64,000 bases of DNA from assembly GCA_977017645.1 (NCBI GenBank), contig OZ360223.1, positions 107,384,001-107,448,000 of the forward strand, in the 5' to 3' direction. Every line of letters starts with the position of its first letter. Positions within the stretch are counted from its first letter, which is position 1. The position numbers were made by a program, and so were the translations under genes. Source of the stretch: Torpedo marmorata (taxonomy: Eukaryota). Positions 11,832-22,644 of this stretch are shown here, in pieces. Under the pieces are notes generated by a model. That model worked only from the letters and a program-made list of their open reading frames with translations, was not told the origin of the DNA and searched no databases.

Positions 11832-11855
11832 ATTTTATTACCAGTTCTAAATCTG

Positions 11856-14800
11856 ATGGAGAATTTTCTGAGGCCGGACAAGCTGGACATCGACCCCCTG
11901 GCCCAAGACGCTGCAAGTGACTTTGAACTCTGGCTACGCTGCTTCGTAGCCTTCCTGAGGTCGACCAGAGCGGCTACCAACGAGGATAAACTCGACATAC
12001 TCATGTCTAGGGTAAGCAAACGGGTGTATAACACCGTCAGAGACTGTGAAACCTATGAGGATGCCTTGGGAGCCCTCCGAAGACTGTACCTGACGCCGGT
12101 GAACGAGGTTTACGCGAGGCACAGGTTATCGCAACGGCGCCAGCGACCCGGAGAGTCGATCTCCGAGTATATCCAGGACGTGCAGCTACTGGTGCGGGTG
12201 TGCGATTGCCGAGCCCAGTCGGCCGAGCAACACGCTGAACTGTTGGCAAGGGACACTTTCATTATGGGGCTCAGGTCGGTTTACATTCGCCAGCGATTGC
12301 TGGAACACGCCGACCTGACCCTGAAATCTACCGTCCGCACGGCCCTCACGCTGGAGTCGGCGCTCAGGAACGCTGACGCTATGCAGGCGCAGCCTGCCTC
12401 GTGGATCGCCCCAACCGCCAGCCCTGCAAGCGACGTGACTGCCGCTGCCGTCTACCGGGACCCGATCGCCGCCGCCGACGCTATCCGTGAGTTGGCCGCT
12501 GCCGCCGCTACCCAGGAGCCCGCCGCCATCCGTGAGTTAACCGCTGCCGCTGTTACCCGGGAGCCCGAGAAGTGTTACTTCTGCGGGGTCGACAAACACC
12601 CACGTAAGCGCTGCCCGGCCCGAGACGCGACTTGTTCTAGCTGCGGCAAGAAAGGCCACTACGCTAAGGCCTGCCGCTCCAAGTCGCGTACGGGTCCGAG
12701 CAGCGCCGCGTGCGAAGTAAGGGAGCGGCCATCTTACCTGTCGTCACTTCCGGCGGTGACGCCCCACCCTCCGATCGTAGTGACCAACCCCCAGTACTTG
12801 AATAATACGCCCCAGACTACCTGTGGTCTCTCCACGCTGAAGACCCAACCCCCGTCACTTTTCGCCAACCTGACCCCTGACTGTAAGCCTGTAGCAACTA
12901 AAAGTAGGCGATACAGTGCAGGGGACAGGGCATTCATTAAGGCGGAGGTGCATCGTCTACTGGGGGAAGGGATCATCGCACCCAGTAACAGCCCCTGGAG
13001 AGCACAGGTAGTCGTAGTGAAGAACGGGGCTAAGAGCCGGATGGTGGTGGACTATAGCCAGACCATTAACCGGTTCACGCAACTGGATGCCTATCCGCTG
13101 CCAAGAATCGCGGATATGGTCAACCAGATTGCGCAGTACAAAATATTTTCCACCATCGATCTAAAGTCGGCTTACCACCAGCTTCCGATTCGCCGGGAAG
13201 ACCGAGCGTACACCGCTTTCGAGGCGGACGGCAGATTATACCATTTTCTGCGCGTCCCCTTCGGGGTAACAAACGGGGTATCTGTGTTTCAAAGGGAGAT
13301 GGACAGGATCATTGACCAGTTCAAACTCACTGCCACCTTCCCGTACCTGGACGACATCACCATTTGTGGTCATAATCGCCAGGATCACGATAGGAACCTT
13401 CGGAAGTTCCTACAGGCGGCCAAGACGCTGAACCTCACTTATAACAAGGAGAAATGCGTGTTCGGGACTACCCGACTCGCTATCCTGGGGTGCGTCGTGG
13501 AGAACGGGGTGATTGGACCCGACCCCGACCGCATGCGCCCCCTGTTGGAACTTCCGATTCCCCACACCCCCAAAGCCCTTAAACGATGCCTCGGGTTCTT
13601 CTCGTATTATGCGCAGTGGGTCCCAAACTACGCGGACAAAGCCCGACCCCTCGTCAAATCCACCAAGTTTCCCCTGGCAGCGGAGGCACGTGCGGCCTTC
13701 GACCTCATAAAAGGGGACATCGCCCGAGCAGCGATGCACGCGGTGGACGAGTCGGTACCTTTTCAGGTGGAGAGTGACGCATCGGACTTCGCACTGGCTG
13801 CTACCCTCAACCAGGCGGGAAGACCGGTAGCGTTTTTCTCCCGCACCCTTCAAGGCCCCGAAATTCGGCACTCCGCGGTAGAGAAAGAGTCCCAGGCCAT
13901 AGTTGAGGCTATTCGGCACTGGAGGCATTATCTCGCCGGAAAACATTTTACCCTGCTGACAGACCAGCGCTCCGTCGCATTCATGTTTAACAACCAGCAG
14001 CGGGGTAAAATCAAGAATGATAAAATCATGAGGTGGAGAATAGAACTCTCCACCTACAATTACGACATCCTTTACCGGCCCGGGAAGCTCAACGAGCCCT
14101 CCGACGCTCTATCCCGGGGATCGTGCGCCAGCGCGCAGATCGACCGAGTATACTCCCTACACAACGACCTCTGCCACCCAGGAGTCACCAGGCTGTTCCA
14201 CTTCATCAAAGCACGGAACCTGCCTTACTCCCTGGAAGAGGTCAGAACCATGACCAGCAGCTGCCGAGTCTGTGCGGAGTGCAAACCGCAGTTCTACCAC
14301 CCCGACAGAGCACAGCTGGTCAAGGCCACCCGCCCGTTCGAACATCTCAGTATAGACTTCAAGGGCCCCCTTCCCTCCACGAACCGCAACGTGTACTTCC
14401 TTAATATCATCGATGAGTACTCGCGGTTCCCCTTTGCCATCCCCTGCCCCGATACCTCGGCGGCTTCGGCTATCAAAGCCCTCCGCCAGGTATTCACCTT
14501 GTTCGGGTTCCCCAGCTATGTCCATAGCGATCGGGGATCCGCGTTCATGAGCGAGGAGCTGCGGCAGTACCTGCAGACCCGAGGCATCGCCACCAGTAGG
14601 ACCACGGGGTACAACCCGCGGGGGAACGGACAGGTGGAGAGGGAGAACGCCACTGTATGGACAGCTACACTACTGGCCCTGAAATCAAAAGGGTGGCCAG
14701 TGGCCCGCTGGCAGGAGGTTCTCCCGGACGCCCTCCACTCTATACGATCCCTGTTATGTACCGCCACTAACGCTACCCCTCACGAACGTCTTTTTTCCTT

Positions 14801-15245
14801 CCCTAGAAAATCGACCACCGGAACTACCCTCCCTGCCTGGCTGACGTCCCCGGGACCGGTGCTACTCCGCAAACATCTTCGGAGTAGCAAGTACGAGCCC
14901 TTGGTCGAGAGGGTGCAGCTGACCCACGCGAACCCGCAGTACGCATTCGTTGTTTTCCCCGACGGCCGGGAAGACACGGTGTCAATACGGGACCTGGCGC
15001 CTGCAGGAGCGTCAGAAGAGGTCCCCGACAGCGGAGAAGCCGGGTCACATCTGCCCCCTCCGCCTCATCCGCCCCCCAGCACGGCGGGTACAACGCCCCA
15101 GCCGGAGCTGGACGAGCCACAAGCCAGGCAGGAGGCAACCCAGACCCAGACCCACCCTACCCTCGTTCCACAGCCACAACCATCACCGCAGGTATTACGC
15201 AGGTCACAGCGGCGAGCCCGACCGCCGGATAGACTCAATCTGTAG
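11856..15245 (+). CDS. Gypsy gag-pol polyprotein (gag with two CCHC knuckles, RT, RNase H, integrase); no protease motif
   Basis: First ATG after the LTR is at 11856. Motifs: CYFCGVDKHPRKRC, CSSCGKKGHYAKAC, IDLKSAYHQ, PFG, YLDD, ESDASD, TDQ, HNDLCHPG..CRVC, IDF, SDRG, GQVER. Confidence 0.93.
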   Translation: MENFLRPDKLDIDPLAQDAASDFELWLRCFVAFLRSTRAATNEDKLDILMSRVSKRVYNTVRDCETYEDALGALRRLYLTPVNEVYARHRLSQRRQRPGESISEYIQDVQLLVRVCDCRAQSAEQHAELLARDTFIMGLRSVYIRQRLLEHADLTLKSTVRTALTLESALRNADAMQAQPASWIAPTASPASDVTAAAVYRDPIAAADAIRELAAAAATQEPAAIRELTAAAVTREPEKCYFCGVDKHPRKRCPARDATCSSCGKKGHYAKACRSKSRTGPSSAACEVRERPSYLSSLPAVTPHPPIVVTNPQYLNNTPQTTCGLSTLKTQPPSLFANLTPDCKPVATKSRRYSAGDRAFIKAEVHRLLGEGIIAPSNSPWRAQVVVVKNGAKSRMVVDYSQTINRFTQLDAYPLPRIADMVNQIAQYKIFSTIDLKSAYHQLPIRREDRAYTAFEADGRLYHFLRVPFGVTNGVSVFQREMDRIIDQFKLTATFPYLDDITICGHNRQDHDRNLRKFLQAAKTLNLTYNKEKCVFGTTRLAILGCVVENGVIGPDPDRMRPLLELPIPHTPKALKRCLGFFSYYAQWVPNYADKARPLVKSTKFPLAAEARAAFDLIKGDIARAAMHAVDESVPFQVESDASDFALAATLNQAGRPVAFFSRTLQGPEIRHSAVEKESQAIVEAIRHWRHYLAGKHFTLLTDQRSVAFMFNNQQRGKIKNDKIMRWRIELSTYNYDILYRPGKLNEPSDALSRGSCASAQIDRVYSLHNDLCHPGVTRLFHFIKARNLPYSLEEVRTMTSSCRVCAECKPQFYHPDRAQLVKATRPFEHLSIDFKGPLPSTNRNVYFLNIIDEYSRFPFAIPCPDTSAASAIKALRQVFTLFGFPSYVHSDRGSAFMSEELRQYLQTRGIATSRTTGYNPRGNGQVERENATVWTATLLALKSKGWPVARWQEVLPDALHSIRSLLCTATNATPHERLFSFPRKSTTGTTLPAWLTSPGPVLLRKHLRSSKYEPLVERVQLTHANPQYAFVVFPDGREDTVSIRDLAPAGASEEVPDSGEAGSHLPPPPHPPPSTAGTTPQPELDEPQARQEATQTQTHPTLVPQPQPSPQVLRRSQRRARPPDRLNL

Positions 15246-15362
15246 ATGTGATGGTGACTATGTAAATAATTTGTGTATATTTGTGTGATTTGTGTATCTT
15301 TAATTACGGTAACCACTTCACCCCCCCCCCCCCGTCGGACTTGTTCTAAAAGAAGGGGTGAA

Positions 15363-15623
15363 TGTGGTAAACCACTATAGTATGTATATGTGTATTGTGG
15401 GCTGGGGCAAGTCTGATCATGACCTGTCTGTCTGTCCCGGTGACTCCTCCCCCTTTCCCCTGGAATAAAGGCCTTGAGCCATTGACTCCACCCACAGTTC
15501 CGGGACAGTCCAGCAGGGATCACCAGGTCAAAGTGTAGCTTAGCCCTGGCCTGATTTCTGGTAATAAAAGCCTATTGATTCCCTGCACTTCCTGACTCGC
15601 GTTAGTCATTGATAGGTACATCA
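15363..15623 (+). repeat. Gypsy 3' LTR (261 bp)
   Basis: Direct repeat of 11571-11831. Confidence 0.97.
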
Positions 15624-17214
15624 CTAGCCGAGGAACAAGGTGAAGTAAGGGCTATGAATCCAAGGAGGTTCAGATACAGATCAGAAATAATCTAATGTAA
15701 TGGGAAGACAGGCTCAATGGGATGAACCATTCCTTCACATTATTCAGAGACAACCACCTAACAGACATGTTCTTGATGTCAGAAAATTCTTCTTCATCTG
15801 AAGAGCAATTATAAGTATCTCTAATGGACTTCTTGATGGAGTAGAAAATATCGTGAAGCTATTGAGTAAGTAAGTTGGATGCTCTAATGTGGAGTGTCAG
15901 AGGGCAGTGGGTAACACGGTCGTTCTGATGGATGAAATAAGGTGAGCCTGCTAACAGGAGCTGACTCACCCACATCAACCTTTAGGATTAGACCTTTGAC
16001 CTTCTGGCCATAAATAGTTTTTAACAGTCCCACTTTCCCATAATTTACTCTTTAAGATACTGAGAAAATTATTTTGACGTATTTTATCATTTTGAATTAA
16101 AAAGGGTCTTCTGCTCCACAAAAGAGGAAAAATCATGCATTCACCTAATGGCTCTTCATGTTTTCTGGATTTTTAAAGTTTTTTAATTTTATTTTATTTA
16201 AATTTTTAAATCACACAATACATAAATCAAAATATGTAATTTCCAAAATACAGGTGATATATATTTCCTCCCCCCCACACCCTCCCTCCCTTCCCTAACC
16301 CCCCCAACCCCACTATTCTAAAAAAAAAGAGAATAATAAAAAATACATAGTAAAAAAAAAAAGAGTAAAAGAAAAATAGATTAATAATAAGGAGAGAACC
16401 ATCTAAAAACTAATTTTATCATGGAGGTTAAACTCGCCAATAGACCTGATATCTAGAGATTTCAAATCCTTAAACCCATAACTCTCATATATGGGCTCCA
16501 AATTTTTAAAAAAGAATGATATTTATTGCGTAAATTATAAGTAATCTTTTCCAAAGGAATACACGAACGGAGTTCTGCATGCCACCTATCTAAACTTAAA
16601 TCTAAATCTGATTTCCAAGTAATAGCAATACATTTTTTTGAGACAGCTAAAGCAATTCGCAAAAATTCTACCTAATACTAAATTTTCTAATATCTCCAAA
16701 TAAAAATAACATAGGGTCCATTGAAAACATAACATTAAAAACTCTATCTAAAAAATTCTTAACTTTCAACCAGAAATCTTGAATTTTTGGACATAACCAT
16801 GTAGAATGAACAAAAGAACCTACTTCATTCTTACATCTAAAACACAAATCCGACAATGTAGGATTAAATTTCTTTAATTTTTTTGGTGTTAAATATAATT
16901 GATGGAAAAAATTATATATATATATTTTTTTTTAAAATATTTTATTTAAATTTTTAAATCACACATTACATAATATAATTCTACATATAATTCTTAAAAA
17001 CTTACATGTGATTACATTTTCTCCCCCCTCCTTCCCACCCTCCCCTCCCTAACCCCTATATCCCCCTAGTCTAAATTTAAAATAAAATAAAATAATAAAA
17101 GAAAAGAAAAGAGAAAAGATAGAAAAATAGAGAAATAGAGTGAGGAGTCAATAAGCTTAAAAAACTAATATATCTTAGAGGTTATTTCGCCAGCGGATCT
17201 GATATCCAGAGAAT

Positions 17215-20200
17215 TTACAGTGTTAAACCCATAATCCTCATATATGGGCCCCAAATTTTCAAAAAGAAATGATATTTATTTCGTAAATTATAAGTAATTT
17301 TCTCTAATGGTATACATGACCGTAACTCTGCATGCCATCGCTCTAAATTTAAATCAACATCCGATTTCCAAGTAATAGCTATACATTTTTTCGAAACTGC
17401 TAATACTATACGTAAAAATTCTACTTGATACATATTTAATCTATGTCTAATACTAAATTTTTTAATATCTCCAAATAAAAATAACATAGGATCCATTGCA
17501 ATTTCAACATTAAAAATTCTTTCTAAAAAATTCTTAACTTTCAACCAAAAATCTTGAATTTTTGAACATGACCATGTACAATGTGCGAAAGATCCTATTT
17601 CAGTTTTACATCTAAAACACATATCTGATAACGCTGGATTAAATTTTTTTAATTTTTTAGGTGTCAAATACAATTGATGAAAAAAATTATATTGTACCAA
17701 TCTATATCTCACATTAATGACTTTTGTCATACTTAATTTACATAAATCTTTCCAATGATTTTCATCTATATTAACATTCAGATCTAATTCCCATTTCAAT
17801 CTGGACTTATGCACTCCTACTTTAGACATCTTTCTTTGGAACAACTTATACATTTGTGAGATAAATTTATTAACATTGACTTTAGTAATTAATAATTCCA
17901 ATTCATTTTGCCCTGGTGCTGTTAATTCATTCCCTAATCTTTCAATCAAAAAAGCTTTAACTTGAAAATAAACTAACATTGTATTATCCAATATATTAAA
18001 TTTTTCTTTTAACCTCTGGAAAGTAATAAATCTACCTGCTTCAAAACAATCTTTTAAAGTCTTAATTCCCTTTAAAAACCATAACTTAAGTAACTGATTA
18101 TCCATAGAAAATGGTAAAAGCGGATTCTGATATATTGGTGTATTTAAAGAAATTAACCCTTTTTGACCTATCTCTTTGTCTACTTGTGACCAAATTTCCA
18201 ACAAATGTTTAATAATTGGTGTATTTTTCTTTTTAAGTAATAATAATTTAGAATTCCATTTATAAATAATATCTTCTTTATGTATTTCTCCCATATTATT
18301 CAATTCTATATTAATCCAAGCAGAAGATTTATTTAAATCAAAGAATTCATTAATAAATTTTAATTGGGCCACTTTATAATAATACTGAAAATTAGGAAGT
18401 TGTAACCCTCCCATCTCATAATTCCATGTTAATTTATCTATACTTACTCTTGCCAACTTTCCTTTCCATAAAAATTTCCTAATAATAAATTTTAAATCTT
18501 TAAAAAATTTATTTGGAATACCATAAGGAATCGATTGAAAAAGATATTGAATTCTTGGAAAAACATTCATTTTAATACAATTTACTCTTCCCATCAAAGT
18601 TATAGGTAAATCTTTCCAAAGCTCTAAATCTTTTTTTATTTTCATAAATAAAGGAATATAATTTAATTTATACAAATTCTCTAATTTTGTATCAATTTTA
18701 ACACCCAAATATTTAATACTCTCTATAGTCCATTTAAAATCTGTAACTTCTTTACATCTAGTATAATCCCCTTGAGATAGAGCTAAAATCTCACTTTTAT
18801 CTGAATTAATTTTATATCCTGATATCTCACCATATTCTGACAATATATTGGCCAATTGTTGAAGTGATTTAACAGATTTCGTCATATATATTAATACATC
18901 ATCTGCAAACAAACTAATCTTATGTTCTTCCCTACCTACTTTTATTCCCATTATATTTATATCTTCTCTAATCATTTCTGCTAAAGGTTCTATTACCAAG
19001 ACAAACAAAGCAGGTGACAAAGGACATCCCTGTCGTGTTGATCTTGATAACAAAAATTTTTGTGATATTTGTCCATTTGTAACTACTTTAGCCGTAGGTT
19101 CCTTATATATAGTTTTAATCCAATTTATAAAATTATCTCCAAATCCAAATTTTTCCAAAACTTTAAATAAAAAATTCCACTCTACTCTATCAAATGCCTT
19201 TTCTGCATCTAATGTTACCACCAATGGTAAATCTTGTTTCTTCTTATTTATATTGATCAAACTTATCAATCTAGCTATATTATCTTTCGAATATCTGTTT
19301 TTAATAAATCCAGCTTGATCTGAATGAATTAAATTTGGTAGATACTTAGCTAATCTATTCGCTAAAATTTTTGCCATTATTTTATAATCAACATTTAATA
19401 ATGAAATAGGCCTATAAGACTCAGTTTTCAACACATCTCTATCCTTCTTTGGTATAACCGTAATTATAGCATTTAAAAATGTCTTTGGTAATAAATGAGT
19501 TTCAGTAACTTGATTCAATACCTCCATATATAAAGGTATCAATAAATCTTTAAATTCTTTATAAAATTCTACTGGAAACCCATCATCCCCCGGAGATTTG
19601 TTACTTTTCAACGTCGATATTGCATCCGTAACTTCTCTCATCGTAAAGAGTAAATCTAAAGAATATTTACTTTGAACATTCAGTTTAGGTAAAGTAATTC
19701 TAGATAAAAATCTATTAATCTTCATATCATCATGATCAACCTCAGATCTATATAAGTTCTGATAATATTCTTTAAAAGAGTCATTTATTTCTTGTGGCTT
19801 ATAAGTTATTTCTCCAGTATTTCTCTTCCTTATAGCATTAATAGTTTTAGAAACTTGTTCTTTTTTCAATTGCCATGATAAAACTTTATGTGCCTTTTCC
19901 CCTAATTCATAATATCTTTGTTTTGTTCTCGTTATCAACTTTTCAGTCTTACGTGTTTGTAATAAATTATAATGTAATTTCCTCCTTACTAAACGATTCC
20001 TCTTAATAGACTTATTTCTCTGTAAATCCTTTTCCATAAATTCAATTTCCTTCTCTAATTTTTCCTCTTCTTTCAAATAGTCTTTTTTTATCTTTACTGA
20101 ATAACTTATTATTAAACCTCTTAAATAAGCTTTCAAAGCTTCCCATACCATAAATTTATCATTAACCGAATTATTATTTATTCTTAAAAATTCCTGTATT

Positions 20201-21003
20201 TCTCGTCTCATATATTCACAAAAATCCTTTCTTTTCAATAAAAAAGAGTCAAATCTCCAATTATATACAGTTTTTTCCTTCTCTGGAATTATACATGTCA
20301 TTAATAAAGGTGAATGATCTGAAATTATTCTTGCTTTATAAGATATCTGTGTTATTCTATCCTGAACTTGTGAAGATAATAAGAACAAGTCTATCCTAGA
20401 AAAAGAATGATGTCTAAATGAATAAAATGAATAATCTTTCTCTCTAGGTTTCAACTTTCTCCAAATATCCACCAAATTCAAATCCTCCATCAAATTAATT
20501 ATTTTTTTAACTATTTTTGGTCTAACAGATGTTTTCGAAGTTTTATCCATAATTGGATTTAAACAACAATTGAAATCTCCACCAATTAAAATATTCTCTT
20601 TAGCATCTGATAAATGTAAAAAAGCATCTTGAATAAATTGTTCATCATCAGGATTTGACACATATAAATTCATAAGAGTCCAAAATTCTGAATAAATTTG
20701 ACAATATACCAAAACATATCTTCCTGCCGTATCAATCACTATCGATTGTATCTTAAAAGGTAACTTTTTATTTACTAAAATAGCTACTCCTCTAGCTTTA
20801 GAATTAAATGACGACGCTATAACATGTCCTACCCAGTCTCTTTTCAATTTTTGATGTTCAATATCCGTCAGATGAGTTTCCTGTAAAAAAGCTATGTCTA
20901 CTTTCAACTTTTTAATATATGCCAAAGTCCGTTTTCTCTTAATTGGGTTATTAAGCCCATTTATATTAATACTTACTAAGTTTATACTCTTAGAATCTCC
21001 CAT
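17215..21003 (-). CDS. L1 ORF2p (AP endonuclease, RT, C-terminal CCHC)
   Basis: Uninterrupted, about 1262 aa from the ATG at 21003; NINGLN, LQETH, GGDFN, SDH, YRPISLLN, DAEKAFD, RQGCPLSP, FADD, CFRC..HCTWSC. Confidence 0.96.
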   Translation of the reverse strand: MGDSKSINLVSININGLNNPIKRKRTLAYIKKLKVDIAFLQETHLTDIEHQKLKRDWVGHVIASSFNSKARGVAILVNKKLPFKIQSIVIDTAGRYVLVYCQIYSEFWTLMNLYVSNPDDEQFIQDAFLHLSDAKENILIGGDFNCCLNPIMDKTSKTSVRPKIVKKIINLMEDLNLVDIWRKLKPREKDYSFYSFRHHSFSRIDLFLLSSQVQDRITQISYKARIISDHSPLLMTCIIPEKEKTVYNWRFDSFLLKRKDFCEYMRREIQEFLRINNNSVNDKFMVWEALKAYLRGLIISYSVKIKKDYLKEEEKLEKEIEFMEKDLQRNKSIKRNRLVRRKLHYNLLQTRKTEKLITRTKQRYYELGEKAHKVLSWQLKKEQVSKTINAIRKRNTGEITYKPQEINDSFKEYYQNLYRSEVDHDDMKINRFLSRITLPKLNVQSKYSLDLLFTMREVTDAISTLKSNKSPGDDGFPVEFYKEFKDLLIPLYMEVLNQVTETHLLPKTFLNAIITVIPKKDRDVLKTESYRPISLLNVDYKIMAKILANRLAKYLPNLIHSDQAGFIKNRYSKDNIARLISLININKKKQDLPLVVTLDAEKAFDRVEWNFLFKVLEKFGFGDNFINWIKTIYKEPTAKVVTNGQISQKFLLSRSTRQGCPLSPALFVLVIEPLAEMIREDINIMGIKVGREEHKISLFADDVLIYMTKSVKSLQQLANILSEYGEISGYKINSDKSEILALSQGDYTRCKEVTDFKWTIESIKYLGVKIDTKLENLYKLNYIPLFMKIKKDLELWKDLPITLMGRVNCIKMNVFPRIQYLFQSIPYGIPNKFFKDLKFIIRKFLWKGKLARVSIDKLTWNYEMGGLQLPNFQYYYKVAQLKFINEFFDLNKSSAWINIELNNMGEIHKEDIIYKWNSKLLLLKKKNTPIIKHLLEIWSQVDKEIGQKGLISLNTPIYQNPLLPFSMDNQLLKLWFLKGIKTLKDCFEAGRFITFQRLKEKFNILDNTMLVYFQVKAFLIERLGNELTAPGQNELELLITKVNVNKFISQMYKLFQRKMSKVGVHKSRLKWELDLNVNIDENHWKDLCKLSMTKVINVRYRLVQYNFFHQLYLTPKKLKKFNPALSDMCFRCKTEIGSFAHCTWSCSKIQDFWLKVKNFLERIFNVEIAMDPMLFLFGDIKKFSIRHRLNMYQVEFLRIVLAVSKKCIAITWKSDVDLNLERWHAELRSCIPLEKITYNLRNKYHFFLKIWGPYMRIMGLTL

Positions 21004-21282
21004 AATCAAATAGTAACTGTTCCCTGTTAATCAAATCCACCCGCGTTTCCCTCTTACTCTGTCGTAAATACATTTCCTCCTCAACTAGAATGAAAGATAG
21101 AAGTAAAAGAAAAGAAAACCCCCCTATAAAAAACACTGGTCTTCTACTCCCAGTGCTACCCCCCTCTGTTGCTCGAGAAGCAGCTCTCGCTGCTAAGGTG
21201 GTGATTGCTTCGGAAGAAGTTTCCACAAACCACCTCCCCCCAACAGATATATATTTGTCCAACATATACTTCAGTCAACTCC

Positions 21283-22644
21283 TCACACAGTTGAATCCTC
21301 CAATTCTTCTCCAGCTTGAATTCGGATATTTTCTCTTGACGGACCGGGTACCATATCTCCGCGACTTGCTTGATTATTCCGATCTTGTTGTTCAACCGAA
21401 TCCAAAAAACTTCTTGCCCGACGTTGAAGACCATTAGCATGAGAAAGAGCCTGATCAGGATTCTTGAATAACAAAAACGTATCACCATTATCTTGGATCC
21501 TCAGAACCGCTGGATACCTAAACGAAAATTTGTATCCTTTTTCCCACAATATAGCCTTTGCAGGGTTGAATTCTTTCCGTTGCTTGACCACCATTGGACT
21601 TAAATCAGGATAGAAAAGAACTCTATTTCCTTCTATCATCAACGGCCCCCTACTTTCTCGTGCTTTTTGAATTGCCATTTTTAAAATTTTTTCCCTATCT
21701 TGATATCTAAGACACTTCATCAAAACTGGACGCGGTCTCCGATCGCCCTGATTTCTTCTTCCAATCCTGTGTGCTCTTTCTAATTCCATTGGGTGGTCAA
21801 GATTAAATATCTGTGACAACCAATTCTGAAAAAATTGAGTTACATCTTGCGATTCAGTTCCTTCCGGCAGTCCCAATATTTTAACATTATTTCTCCGACT
21901 CTGATTTTCTATCTGATCCATCTTTTGTATTAAGTGATCATATTGTTTCTCCCATCCAGTAAAAGTATCGTCCATTTTTCCCACTCTTTCTTTACAATCT
22001 TCAATTTCATCAGAATTATTTTTAACTTCATCTTCTATTTTTTGGACTCTAATATCCATTTGTAATATATCCTGTCTTATCACTTTAAATTCCTCCTGCA
22101 TTCTTTTTTCAAGCTGATTAACAATTGCTTTAGATTCTTTTAGCATGCTTTTCTCTAAATTTTCAATGGCTTTTAAAATAGTTGTCTTTACTGACCCTAT
22201 TTCTTTCCTTAAATCCTCTATTTCTTCTGACTGTATGTCAGATTCTTCACTATCTTCCTCCAGTTGCTGTAGATCTTCCTCCTCTTCTGATCCTGACAAT
22301 TTTTCTGGCTCCCCAGCCTGTAGTATGGTCTGGGGAGCTCTTACTGACGTCATCGCTGCTTGCCTCGGCAGCTCTTCATCTCCCGACGGTTCGCGCGTGC
22401 GCATTGGCTCCCGACTTCCTCTTGTAGTTCGTTGTCGGGTGCCGGCGCCATCTTCCGCAGCTCCCTGCGGAGGTAGCGTCGGCACCACCGACGCACTTAC
22501 GCGCGATCTCCGTTGAGCCCTGGGCTCCATCATCAGGCCAGTCCCCGGATCTTCAGTGAAGGTAGGCCTCTTTTCTTGTATTGAAGATAGCTGTTTTCCA
22601 GGTTTCTTAAGCTTTTGTTCTTTTGTTTTTTTCCTAGTAGCCAT
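21283..22644 (-). CDS. L1 ORF1p (coiled coil, RRM, CTD)
   Basis: 453 aa; ENQSRRNNVKILGLPEG, LERAHR, RPRPV, FYPDLS, FRYPAVL. Confidence 0.95.
   Translation of the reverse strand: MATRKKTKEQKLKKPGKQLSSIQEKRPTFTEDPGTGLMMEPRAQRRSRVSASVVPTLPPQGAAEDGAGTRQRTTRGSREPMRTREPSGDEELPRQAAMTSVRAPQTILQAGEPEKLSGSEEEEDLQQLEEDSEESDIQSEEIEDLRKEIGSVKTTILKAIENLEKSMLKESKAIVNQLEKRMQEEFKVIRQDILQMDIRVQKIEDEVKNNSDEIEDCKERVGKMDDTFTGWEKQYDHLIQKMDQIENQSRRNNVKILGLPEGTESQDVTQFFQNWLSQIFNLDHPMELERAHRIGRRNQGDRRPRPVLMKCLRYQDREKILKMAIQKARESRGPLMIEGNRVLFYPDLSPMVVKQRKEFNPAKAILWEKGYKFSFRYPAVLRIQDNGDTFLLFKNPDQALSHANGLQRRARSFLDSVEQQDRNNQASRGDMVPGPSRENIRIQAGEELEDSTV

Larger units (their letters stand above)
11571..15623 (+). mobile_element. 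Ty3/Gypsy LTR retrotransposon, recent insertion
   Basis: 261-bp TG...CA LTRs differing at one position I could see; perfect CTAGC TSD (11566-11570, 15624-15628); PPT AAAAGAAGGGGTGAA immediately before the 3' LTR; RT-RNaseH-IN domain order. Confidence 0.97.

Noticed and set aside
13410-15523. Several alternative-frame and antisense ORFs in the Gypsy element (possible env or accessory gene)
   Set aside because: GC-rich shadows of pol with no signal peptide, TM segment or other motif, and no room for env before the PPT.
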